From positions 3,424,001-3,488,000 of the forward strand of contig OY829846.1 in assembly GCA_963691875.1 (NCBI GenBank): a stretch of DNA of 64,000 bases, read 5' to 3'. The notes under the pieces were generated by a model. That model was not told where the DNA came from. It saw only the letters and a program-made list of their open reading frames with translations, and did not search any database. Below are positions 50,888 to 59,835 of the stretch, one piece after another. The position numbers were made by a program, and so were the translations under genes. The stretch comes from Aureliella sp. (lineage in GTDB: Bacteria; Planctomycetota; Planctomycetia; Pirellulales; Pirellulaceae). The number at the start of each line of letters is the position of its first letter. Within the stretch, counting starts at the first letter, position 1.

Positions 50888-52297
50888 ATGCGAAAAAGCA
50901 AGACATGCTGGCTAGCTTTTGGTCTTTCTGCTCTTTGGGTTTACACACTGCTGCCCACCAAATCGGCTCTGGCTCAACCAGGCATGGGCGGAGGTGGAGG
51001 CCAAGCGGGTGCACCTGCATTCGTAAAGCCTGAGTTTCGTGATCGTGTATGGGAAGAGGGCGGACCGCGCATTCTAGGCTTGCGAAGTGGCAAACTGGTT
51101 CGTGCGATCGAGATCGTAGGGAATCAGACGATTAGCCGACACAAAATCCTGTCCTACATGCAGACTCGTCCTGACCGAAACTTTGACGAGAAACTGCTGC
51201 AGCGCGACATTCACAAACTTTACAGCACGGATCTCTTTCGCAAGATCGTCGACTCGACTGTTGAGAAAGCCGATGGCGTCTACGTGAAGTTGGAAGTGCA
51301 AGAACTGCCGACAGTTACCGAAGTTATATTTCACGGCAACCGAGCATTGAACGAAAGCATGTTAGTCAAGCACTGCGGAATCAAAGCCGGTGACCCTTCC
51401 AATCCTTTCGCAACTAACATGGCACGCCAACGGCTAATCGACCTGTACCTAGAAAACGGATTCAATCAGGTCGCGATCGTAGTGAAAGAAGGCGACAAAG
51501 CGGGCGATCGACGCATTTACTTTGATATTGCCGAAGGTCCGAAGGAACGCATCTGGAGTATCGAGTTCATCGGCAACAGCAGCCAGTTCCCAAGCGCAAT
51601 CCTAGGCACCAAGATCAAATCAAAGAGTGCGAGACATGGTGCTACAGCTTACATCTTAAATGTCGCGAACCGCAATCAGATTGAAGAAGACAAGAACACG
51701 CTCGCGTTGTATTACCGCTCGCTTGGCTACTTCCAAGCGAGCGTTGATTATCAAGTGAAATACTACGATGGCGGCGAGTTCCTCGATCTGAAATTCGTAA
51801 TCAATGAAGGACCGCGATTCAAGATTCGCAATGTTTCGGTGACGGGAAATCAATTCTTCTCAACCGAGACTCTGATGCAAGCTCTAGAGTCGAAGCCTGG
51901 CGAGTACTTCCACCTCGGAAAGATGCAGCGTGACCAACGCACGATGCGAAATGAGTATTACGGTCGCGAAGGATTTGTATATGCGGACATCGTGCCAGTA
52001 CCAACATTTTTGGAAGAGCCGGGCATGCTCGATATCGTCTATCGCATTAGCGAGGGTGACCGCTATCGAGCTGGTGAGATTCGAATTCACATCGCAGGTG
52101 ACTCGAGCCACACCAAGCACTACGTGCCGTTAAGCCTGATCGGAATCCGGCCTGGTGAGTTCATCGACCGCAGAGAGGTAGAGCTATCAGAAGCTCGCCT
52201 AATGCGATCTCAAATCTTCGAAACCAATCCTACTATCGGCGATCCACCAAAGATTGAAATCGGCTCACCGATTTTTCAGAATCAGAACCAACGATAA
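50888..52297 (+). CDS. bamA: BamA-type POTRA-domain protein (periplasmic half, no barrel)
   Basis: Signal peptide and repeated POTRA units (IEIVGN, VIFHGN, IEFIGN, VSVTGN, LYxxxG[FY], ISEG). Confidence 0.8.
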   Translation: MRKSKTCWLAFGLSALWVYTLLPTKSALAQPGMGGGGGQAGAPAFVKPEFRDRVWEEGGPRILGLRSGKLVRAIEIVGNQTISRHKILSYMQTRPDRNFDEKLLQRDIHKLYSTDLFRKIVDSTVEKADGVYVKLEVQELPTVTEVIFHGNRALNESMLVKHCGIKAGDPSNPFATNMARQRLIDLYLENGFNQVAIVVKEGDKAGDRRIYFDIAEGPKERIWSIEFIGNSSQFPSAILGTKIKSKSARHGATAYILNVANRNQIEEDKNTLALYYRSLGYFQASVDYQVKYYDGGEFLDLKFVINEGPRFKIRNVSVTGNQFFSTETLMQALESKPGEYFHLGKMQRDQRTMRNEYYGREGFVYADIVPVPTFLEEPGMLDIVYRISEGDRYRAGEIRIHIAGDSSHTKHYVPLSLIGIRPGEFIDRREVELSEARLMRSQIFETNPTIGDPPKIEIGSPIFQNQNQR

Positions 52298-52329
52298 GCA
52301 CCTTAGTTGCCTTCATGGCGATTGTGACT

Positions 52330-52369
52330 CCGGCAAAGGGATTTGCTGGATGACTAGCAAGGAAGCGTA
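52330..52369 (+). promoter_or_regulatory. GGA-loop hairpin and RBS ahead of the Omp85 barrel gene
   Basis: CCGGCAAA-GGGA-TTTGCTGG, then GGATG and CAAGGAAG before the ATG. Confidence 0.4.
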
Positions 52370-54079
52370 ATGCAGAGTTTGAGTCGTTACCGACACATAG
52401 CAACTTGGCAAATCCCCAAGCAGAGCAGGGTAGGACGAGGCGTGAAGACCTATATCTTGCTCTCTTTCTTGACCTGCGCGTTGACGACAACATCCGGGTG
52501 CCGAATCTTTCAGACGCCAAAGCTTGACCTTCGAACGAGCACGCTCAAGCCGCTGACGGAGGACACATCAGCAAGCGACGACAACAAGAACACTTCGGCC
52601 AGCGGCCAAACGGAGGAATCAACTACAGCTGATGTGCAGGCAAAGATCCGCGGTCAGTCGCCTGATTCCAGCACGCCCAATCGCTATAGATCATCAACTT
52701 CAACGGCAACTGAACTCCCTGGACTGCCAAAACAAACTCAAGTCGCTCAAGAGGAGCCAGTTCAACCACTTTCATTCCAAGCTACCCCTTCCCCATCGAT
52801 AAACTCCGGTTCTAGTGGCAGTTCACGAGGAAACCCGCACTACGGTTACGGCTCCCCAGCCGCCAACGGCTCACCCAGCACTTACCAAAGCACCATCGCA
52901 CCAGGCGCAGTTGGAAATGATGCTGGCGATTCGATCGCTCCTTTTGCCACTTCAGACCTGAACATCACGGCTCCTGAACCAGTCTATCAACCTCGTGAAC
53001 GAGTCGTTCCTATCGACGTGTTCGTTCAGGAAGCTCGAACCGGCCGAATCATGGTCGGTGGTTCGGTCAACAGTGACTTGGGTGTCGCTGGTCAGTTGAC
53101 GATCAGCGAGCAGAACTTTGACATACGCCGGATTCCTCGCAGTTGGGAATACCTTCGGAATGGACGCGCCTTCAAGGGCGGCGGTCAGAATTTCCGGTTG
53201 GAGCTGATGCCAGGTAATCGTGTGGAGCGCTACACCGTGTCTTGGACCGAACGGAACTTGTTCGGTTACTTACCGTACAGTGTTTCTGTCGGTGGCTACT
53301 ACTACACTCGCCAGTTTCGCGATTGGACTGAACAAAAACTCGGTGGACGATTTGCGCTTGGCTACGAAGTCACGAAGGACCTGGCGGCGAGTGCCGAAAT
53401 TCGGATGGAAGACGTCAAACTCTTCGACCCGCGCATTACGGGAGTCAGCGAACTCGACTCGGCTCTCGGCAGCAACGATCTTTATACGGCGCGATTCCGA
53501 GTTGCTCGAGACACACGTGACAGTCCATTTTTGTCATCGCGCGGTGCTTACTTTGAGATGGTCTTCGACCAAGTCTTCGGCGAATACGATTACCAAAGAG
53601 GTCGAGTTAATTACTCGCGCTACTTCACGATGCGAGAGCGGCCAGACGGAACGGGTAAGCACATTCTAGCTGCGACTTGGAAACTTGGCTTCACAGGATC
53701 ACAGACGCCGATCTTCGAAAACTTCTTCGCTGGCGGTTACAGCACATTGCGAGGCTTTAGCTTCCGCGGTGCGGGACCGGTCGTGAATGACGTGCAAGTC
53801 GGTGGTGAATTCATGGCTTTGGGTTCACTCGAGTATGTCTTCCCGCTTACCGCGGATGAGATGCTGCGTATGGTCGCCTTTGTAGATTATGGAACGATCG
53901 AAGAGAACATCGAGGTGAACAGCGAGAACTTCCGAGTCGCACCTGGACTGGGACTTCGAGTGACAGTTCCCGCTTTAGGACCAGCTCCGCTCGCCTTCGA
54001 TTTCGCTTATCCGATCAACTATGCTGATAACGACGACCGCCAGATCTTCAGCTTTTTCATGGGCTTCACCCGGCAGTAG
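52370..54079 (+). CDS. bamA: BamA/Omp85 beta-barrel protein with lipoprotein-like signal and disordered linker
   Basis: TSGC lipobox, FFAGGYSTLRGF loop-6 motif, GPAPLAFDFAYPI and terminal FSFFMGF. Confidence 0.85.
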   Translation: MQSLSRYRHIATWQIPKQSRVGRGVKTYILLSFLTCALTTTSGCRIFQTPKLDLRTSTLKPLTEDTSASDDNKNTSASGQTEESTTADVQAKIRGQSPDSSTPNRYRSSTSTATELPGLPKQTQVAQEEPVQPLSFQATPSPSINSGSSGSSRGNPHYGYGSPAANGSPSTYQSTIAPGAVGNDAGDSIAPFATSDLNITAPEPVYQPRERVVPIDVFVQEARTGRIMVGGSVNSDLGVAGQLTISEQNFDIRRIPRSWEYLRNGRAFKGGGQNFRLELMPGNRVERYTVSWTERNLFGYLPYSVSVGGYYYTRQFRDWTEQKLGGRFALGYEVTKDLAASAEIRMEDVKLFDPRITGVSELDSALGSNDLYTARFRVARDTRDSPFLSSRGAYFEMVFDQVFGEYDYQRGRVNYSRYFTMRERPDGTGKHILAATWKLGFTGSQTPIFENFFAGGYSTLRGFSFRGAGPVVNDVQVGGEFMALGSLEYVFPLTADEMLRMVAFVDYGTIEENIEVNSENFRVAPGLGLRVTVPALGPAPLAFDFAYPINYADNDDRQIFSFFMGFTRQ

Positions 54080-54188
54080 CTCAAGCTCTACTTAGTGGGA
54101 TTCGCCAGAACTCCGCTGCTCAATTGCTTTCACTCGATGATCACGACATTGCGACTGCGGTACCGGAAGCCAGCCAGGCCTTGATGCC

Positions 54189-54216
54189 AGCCGGCCGTTG
54201 ATAGCCGGCCGTTGAT
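54189..54216 (+). repeat. 14-bp tandem repeat AGCCGGCCGTTGAT x2, with a degenerate copy just upstream
   Basis: Directly visible. Confidence 0.85.
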
Positions 54217-54259
54217 TTAAGTGAGCCACATGGTCGTCACGTGCCGGGGTAGGCTACCG

Positions 54260-54467
54260 ATCATCGCAAGACAAGCTGTCAGGCACCAACGAGTAAAACT
54301 GCAACGTCGGATCTCGAAGTGAAAAACGAGAGCTTGAGACGCCCCGCAAATACAGATTGCTCGTTGGCGAATGGCTCTGATGGCGGATTATGACGGGATT
54401 CGTCTCTGAACGAATGTTCCCCCGTGTTCGTCGGACCGACTTGGCACCCTGATGCGTCTTTCTGACT
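54260..54467 (-). ncRNA. Rod-shaped structured RNA, 6S RNA candidate
   Basis: End-to-end nested pairing that requires G-U pairs on the minus strand; TACAAT 5-6 nt upstream of the 5' end; about 208 nt. Confidence 0.55.
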
Positions 54468-54653
54468 GGCAAATTGTACGCCAACTCTCACTGCTCAACC
54501 GCATCGCATTTGTAGTGCTTGTGCTGATGCCCATTTTCTGAAAGAGACGCTGCGCCCTGGATAATAACGCTTTTCGCATGACAAACAGGAACGCCATCCG
54601 CCAAAGCGCCGGCGCCCGTCGGCTGGGCATAAAACAATTTCATCCATGGAGTG

Positions 54654-56594
54654 CTATTTCACTGTTGCTTGCGGCGGTCCATGATCGGCGGTGATGGTTT
54701 GAGCGAAGGCGAGTTTACCTGTGCGTCCTTCGTAGTACTGCAAGATGACCTGTGGATGTGGATAAGCGACCAACCGCTTATCACCTTGCTTTTGCGGCAT
54801 GTTGAAGACATTGTTGACCTGGACGACGCAGTAGTAAGGATAGCATCGCTCGAGACGTGGAATGTCAGGCAGAATGTAACTCGACCAGCGGATGTCACAC
54901 ATTCGCTCGCCTGACTGGTACCAACCCGTCGCCGGTCGATCGTCCTCGTCGTTGGCCGGAACATGATTCACAGAATTGTGCGGACCGCAGCAGAATTCCC
55001 AGACGCGATCCGTAACCTTGATCGCAAAACTATTGTGCAAGTCGCCTGTCATTACCATCACTGGCTTTCCCAATCCATCCCAGAACTCGACTAACTTTTC
55101 ACGTTCATCTAGAAACGCAACCCAAGCCTCCTCTTTGTTGGCCTCGTCGAACTCAAATCCACCTGCGCCGCTGTGCGGGATGAACATGGGAACACTCGAA
55201 ACCACGAAGAAAAATTCTGCATGGCTTTCTTTCATCGAACGTATCAACCAATCTCGCTGCTTTTCGCCCAACATAGACAGCCCGGGTTTGGCTGGTTCAC
55301 GAATATCGTGCATCTGACGGTGACTGCGCGTGTCGAGCAGAAAAATTTCGCAGTTGCCAACACTGAGCTTGCCGAAGTTGTAGCGACCGATCGAATAGGC
55401 TGACTCCTTGGTTGCAGCAGCTGGCATGTGAAGCCGTAGCGTGTGCGCATCGACAACTTCCACGATATCGTAAACCCGTGCGTTAGGATCGCCGCTATCA
55501 TCATCGTACTTGATGTCGTTGACGCCTGCAGTCTGAGTTCCCCAGTGCACATGCAAGTTCGATAACTCGTCTAAGCTGAGCTTCGTAAAGTCAGCCTTGG
55601 GATCTTTTAGTAAGTTGCTTCCCTTAGTAAATTCGGCCACGCCAAAATGCATTTTGCCCGAGTGCTCAGTGGGATTGGCCCAACCGAGATAGTCATACCA
55701 AGCTCTTGTGCCAATGTCTCGGAACACCGTTCTCCGGTGGCGGCGTCCAGCACTGCCTGCTCCCCAAATGTCGTTGACCAGCTCGTGGTCATCGAACAGG
55801 AAACAGCTTGGCGTATTCTGATGCCACTCCATGAGCGGAACTCCGCGTGACATGTAAAGCTTGTAGTTTTCCCAGACTCCGACGATGCTTGGCATGGACG
55901 TTACTTCAACTGGAACCTCTCCAGGCTGGAGCTGATTCTGTGCAATCCATGTGCTCGGTGGTGTGTCGCGAAGCTCTTCGTATAGCCAGTCGCCGTTCAT
56001 GATATGGAAGTCGACTTCGCCAGCCAACTCACGATTCATCGTATGATAAAGTGGCAAGGAATGACCAATTCCGTGCATCGGATTCTGATTTGCACAGCAA
56101 CCAATCTCAAACTTGAAGTTGAACAAGCCAGATGGGTTGTACTTTGGTTCGGCAAGCAACTTCTGACTTGGCAGTGTTTTGAAGGAGTTGACTTTGCCTT
56201 GTGGGAAGTCTGAGATGAAGACTTGGTAGAAGTAACGCGTGTCCGGCGTGAGCTCCTTGAGTGTTACCGAGCCTGTGCAGTCATCGGCCAAAGCAGTTGG
56301 ATTGGTGGAAGCAACTTGATCGAGCTTGAGGGCATCGCTGCCGTAACGAACTTCAAAGGCAGTTGGTTCTGAAGTTCTGGCCCAGACACGCATCGTGGTC
56401 GCGTCGGGATACCCCAGCATCGGACCATGAGTCATCGTTGGCGGATTATCAGCTAGGCAGGCTTGGCCTGTAAAAACACCTAGAACAATAAAAGCTGTCG
56501 CAAGGAGAGAGGAAAACCCACGTGTTCGCTCACGCGGATTGTGGCTGGAATCCCACGTGGGGTTGGGGAGGCGAGTATTTGGCTTTAGCAGCAT
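54654..56594 (-). CDS. phoD: Alkaline phosphatase D family metallophosphatase
   Basis: GCCANQ, NGDWLY, FDDHE, LDTRSHR, MLGEKQRDWL and TGDLH motifs. Confidence 0.85.
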   Translation of the reverse strand: MLLKPNTRLPNPTWDSSHNPRERTRGFSSLLATAFIVLGVFTGQACLADNPPTMTHGPMLGYPDATTMRVWARTSEPTAFEVRYGSDALKLDQVASTNPTALADDCTGSVTLKELTPDTRYFYQVFISDFPQGKVNSFKTLPSQKLLAEPKYNPSGLFNFKFEIGCCANQNPMHGIGHSLPLYHTMNRELAGEVDFHIMNGDWLYEELRDTPPSTWIAQNQLQPGEVPVEVTSMPSIVGVWENYKLYMSRGVPLMEWHQNTPSCFLFDDHELVNDIWGAGSAGRRHRRTVFRDIGTRAWYDYLGWANPTEHSGKMHFGVAEFTKGSNLLKDPKADFTKLSLDELSNLHVHWGTQTAGVNDIKYDDDSGDPNARVYDIVEVVDAHTLRLHMPAAATKESAYSIGRYNFGKLSVGNCEIFLLDTRSHRQMHDIREPAKPGLSMLGEKQRDWLIRSMKESHAEFFFVVSSVPMFIPHSGAGGFEFDEANKEEAWVAFLDEREKLVEFWDGLGKPVMVMTGDLHNSFAIKVTDRVWEFCCGPHNSVNHVPANDEDDRPATGWYQSGERMCDIRWSSYILPDIPRLERCYPYYCVVQVNNVFNMPQKQGDKRLVAYPHPQVILQYYEGRTGKLAFAQTITADHGPPQATVK

Positions 56595-56865
56595 CCTTGA
56601 AAACTCCGGCGATAATCAAGCAAAGTGGACGAACAGCTTCATTGGTCTTTTGCCTGCAGCAATGGGATTTGCTGGATCTCGGCCATTCTTGAGCAACAAG
56701 TTGAGTCAAGCAAAGCTGGGTTTTTCCGTGTATGTTGACTCGTATCGTAGCCCGAGTGGCGGGTAGAGTCAGGTAAATGCGGCGGATTCCGTGCCTTGTT
56801 TTAGGACTTTTTCTGCCAAAAACACCTCACACTTCGGAATATCTATCAGGTTCAAAGGCTCTTTT

Positions 56866-57534
56866 GTGGGTGATGCATTTCCCAGCGACGATCCCTCCCG
56901 TGGTTCGGACACGGATGGCTCCAACCCCAAAGGTGGAAAATCGGCTCCTCAGGACTCTTTTATGCCTGCATTGGAAAGTGCTACAAAAGTATCGCAGCAT
57001 TGCTTGCCTGTCAGTGGCTCGCAATCGCTCGATCCTGAGAGTTCCGAGTGGACAGCTGACCGCCGACGGGAAGCAGTTGAACAGCTGATTGAGACATATC
57101 ACGCAGACGTATTCCGCTATTGTTTCTGGCTCAGCCATTCGCGCGAGCTGGCCGAGGACGCGACCCAAGAGACTTTTCTGCGGGCATTCAAGGGAATACA
57201 TGGCTTGCGTGATGCTCAGGCGGCAAAGGGCTGGGTACTACGCATCGCTCGCAATGAGGTTATTCGAACTCAGACTAAGACCAAGGGAACTACCCTGGAT
57301 TTAGATCCAGAGCAAACGGAAGCCCCTCAAGAAGGCGGTATCGAGAACGTCGAATGGGTGCAACGCGGACTGCAGCAGCTCTCGCCCGACTTCCGACTTG
57401 TGCTGCTCTTGTACTATTTTGAGCATCTGAGTTACGCTGAGATTTCGACGGAACTTGACATCCCGATCGGAACGGTGATGAGTCGCATTAACCGCGGCAA
57501 GTCACAGTTGAAACAATCCTTGGAGCAAAACTGA
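56866..57534 (+). CDS. ECF RNA polymerase sigma factor
   Basis: AEDATQETFLRAF, WVLRIARN and LSYAEISTELDIPIGTVMSRINRGK motifs. The start is uncertain. Confidence 0.92.
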   Translation: MGDAFPSDDPSRGSDTDGSNPKGGKSAPQDSFMPALESATKVSQHCLPVSGSQSLDPESSEWTADRRREAVEQLIETYHADVFRYCFWLSHSRELAEDATQETFLRAFKGIHGLRDAQAAKGWVLRIARNEVIRTQTKTKGTTLDLDPEQTEAPQEGGIENVEWVQRGLQQLSPDFRLVLLLYYFEHLSYAEISTELDIPIGTVMSRINRGKSQLKQSLEQN

Positions 57535-57565
57535 TTAGCGGAAGCTCGCAGTTCGTTGACGAAAA

Positions 57566-58309
57566 ATGGTGCACGAAGTAAGAAAAGAAGAACAGTTCGA
57601 AGAAGCTTTGCGGGCAGCCCTACATGGCTTGGAGCCTCCCGCTGGCCTTAAGGAACGTTTGCAGAGTGCGGTTCGGGGTCAAGCGCGCGATGCTTCTCCA
57701 AGTGACGTCACTGACGAGCTCGACGATAAGACGCTCAGAGCTGCCACAACACAAGTCTTCGAAGGCAGCGAAAAGCTAGACGAAAGTTCGGTGACGGTCG
57801 AACCCGAAGACTCGAGCACCGCACTTTCTAGCTTCACCGATCGTCGAAACGCATTGGTTGCCGCAATGGTTGCTTGCGTGGCATTGTTGGCAGTTGGATC
57901 GTGGTGGAATGCTTCACCGTCGAAGGATCAGATTGTCGCCCTCTGCTTAGATCAAGCCCAAGCATCTGGAGAGGAAGTGGTCTGGGAGAATGCACAGTTA
58001 TCACCTGAGCTATATTCGACACTGAGTAATAATTCAAGTTTGCCCGTCCGCGGAGGGGCCTTTGCTTTTCGGAAGGTCGATGCTGGCCAGCTAGGATCGG
58101 GGGCAGAAATTTGGCGACTCACTGGCTCGCGAGGCGAGTTTTTCGTCATGACTCTAACAAGCAAGAATAAGATCGACGGCCTATCTCCCGCCTTGAATAT
58201 CGTTCAAAATGGCACATGGTGTGTTGCCGCGATGCAACGTGGAACTCATATAGTCATCATCGCTTCGGTTGAAAATCTTTCCGAGTTCATTCGACGCCAA
58301 ACTGCGTAG
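57566..58309 (+). CDS. Putative membrane-anchored anti-sigma factor
   Basis: Lies directly after the ECF sigma gene; LRAAL..LEPPAGLKERL N-terminus and one central TM. Confidence 0.7.
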   Translation: MVHEVRKEEQFEEALRAALHGLEPPAGLKERLQSAVRGQARDASPSDVTDELDDKTLRAATTQVFEGSEKLDESSVTVEPEDSSTALSSFTDRRNALVAAMVACVALLAVGSWWNASPSKDQIVALCLDQAQASGEEVVWENAQLSPELYSTLSNNSSLPVRGGAFAFRKVDAGQLGSGAEIWRLTGSRGEFFVMTLTSKNKIDGLSPALNIVQNGTWCVAAMQRGTHIVIIASVENLSEFIRRQTA

Positions 58310-58392
58310 CCTCAAACGCTATACTTGCAGAGCTCACTAAGGAGATTCTTTTCTGCCTCCTGAATGTTCACTTCGATGCTGTGAGTCCACCG

Positions 58393-59787
58393 ATGAATCG
58401 TGCACTTCGATGCTTCTCTCTACTTCTTTGCCTGATCGCTTGTTCAAGCCATCTTCGCGGTCAAGATGAACTTGGGCGACCCGTCCGGTGGGTTGTCGGT
58501 GGCCATTACTTCGATGTCGAAACCGGCACCTTCCGCCCGAATTTGGGGATCGAGATACGCGACAGCAAATTCCACCAACTGTCTGGCGAACCGGCTGAGC
58601 AAAGCGAGACGCTTCAACTGCAGGACGGCCAGTTTCTCTTGCCGGGCTTGGTCGACTGTCATGCGCACTACAACGTGCGATTGATCAAGAAGCGGCGCGA
58701 AGAGTTCCGGTGGATGCCAGTGATCTACTTAGCCAACGGTGCCACGGTGACTTTCTCCTGTGGCGAGTTTGATCCTGAGCGCATGCAGGACCTTCGCCAG
58801 CGGATTGAATCCGGCGAGCAAATTGGACCAAAGTTGCTCAACAGCGGTCCTTACTTTGGTCGCGCTCGCCCTGGCTGGAGGCAGAAACCGGAAGAGGAGA
58901 TTCGTCAGGAAGTGGATTTTTGGGCCAAGCAAGGTGTCGGCGGCTTCAAAGCCAAAGCCATCGATCCGAAGTCGCTAGAAATCCTGATTGACCAAGCTCA
59001 CCAACATGGCCTGACAGTCACCGGGCACCTAGATTCAGGCTACCGCAACTCTGTCAATCCGCGCGATGCGGTCAGCATGGGAATCGATCGCGTGGAGCAT
59101 TTCCTCGGGGGCGATGCGATGCCCGACACTCAGTCTGCTTACGCTTCGTTACAAAATATCCTGTCGGGAACGCCAGAGTTTAAGAAGATCACCGAACACT
59201 TCATTGAAAACGGAGTCTACTTTGACTGCACGCTAACGGCGTACGGCTACCTGGGGGAAACGACACCGGAAACGCATGAAGAATACGAGTACTGGATCGA
59301 CGAACGCCAGTTCTTCACGGATTACATGCAAGGTATTGCGGACAAGCGACCACCCATGAAAGGCATGGAGATTTACCAGCAAATCTACAGGGCAAAGCTC
59401 AAGACGATTGCAGATTTCCATCGAGCCGGCGGCATGATCACACTCGGGACAGATCATGTCAGCAACGGAAATCATCTACCCGGCTTTGGTGTCCACCGGG
59501 AACTGGACGCCTTGGTTCGCGCCGGCATTCCGGCTCGTGACGCGCTGCGGATCGGAACCATCAATGGAGCGAAAGCTCTGGGAATCGCTGATCAACATGG
59601 CAGTATTGCGATCGGAAAGTCGGCAGACCTTGTGGTTATCGAAGGCAACCCCTTGCACCGGATCCGCAACACGCGAAATGTTCGACAGATCGTCAAAGCA
59701 GGCGTGGTCTACGATGCGGCTGCTTTGCTGATATTAGCGAAAGGTAAACTCGGCCCAGCGAAAGAAAGCGAAGAAGAGGCTTGGTAG
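58393..59787 (+). CDS. Exported amidohydrolase family protein
   Basis: PGLVDCHAH, LGTDH and GSIAIGKSADLVVIEGNPL motifs. Confidence 0.9.
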   Translation: MNRALRCFSLLLCLIACSSHLRGQDELGRPVRWVVGGHYFDVETGTFRPNLGIEIRDSKFHQLSGEPAEQSETLQLQDGQFLLPGLVDCHAHYNVRLIKKRREEFRWMPVIYLANGATVTFSCGEFDPERMQDLRQRIESGEQIGPKLLNSGPYFGRARPGWRQKPEEEIRQEVDFWAKQGVGGFKAKAIDPKSLEILIDQAHQHGLTVTGHLDSGYRNSVNPRDAVSMGIDRVEHFLGGDAMPDTQSAYASLQNILSGTPEFKKITEHFIENGVYFDCTLTAYGYLGETTPETHEEYEYWIDERQFFTDYMQGIADKRPPMKGMEIYQQIYRAKLKTIADFHRAGGMITLGTDHVSNGNHLPGFGVHRELDALVRAGIPARDALRIGTINGAKALGIADQHGSIAIGKSADLVVIEGNPLHRIRNTRNVRQIVKAGVVYDAAALLILAKGKLGPAKESEEEAW

Positions 59788-59835
59788 GTGACATTCGATG
59801 GGCGGCTCGTACACCCAAACAGGGTAGGGGGAGGC

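Noticed and set aside
54172..54216. Short direct repeats as a possible CRISPR remnant
   Set aside because: The 14-bp units have no spacers and there are no cas genes.
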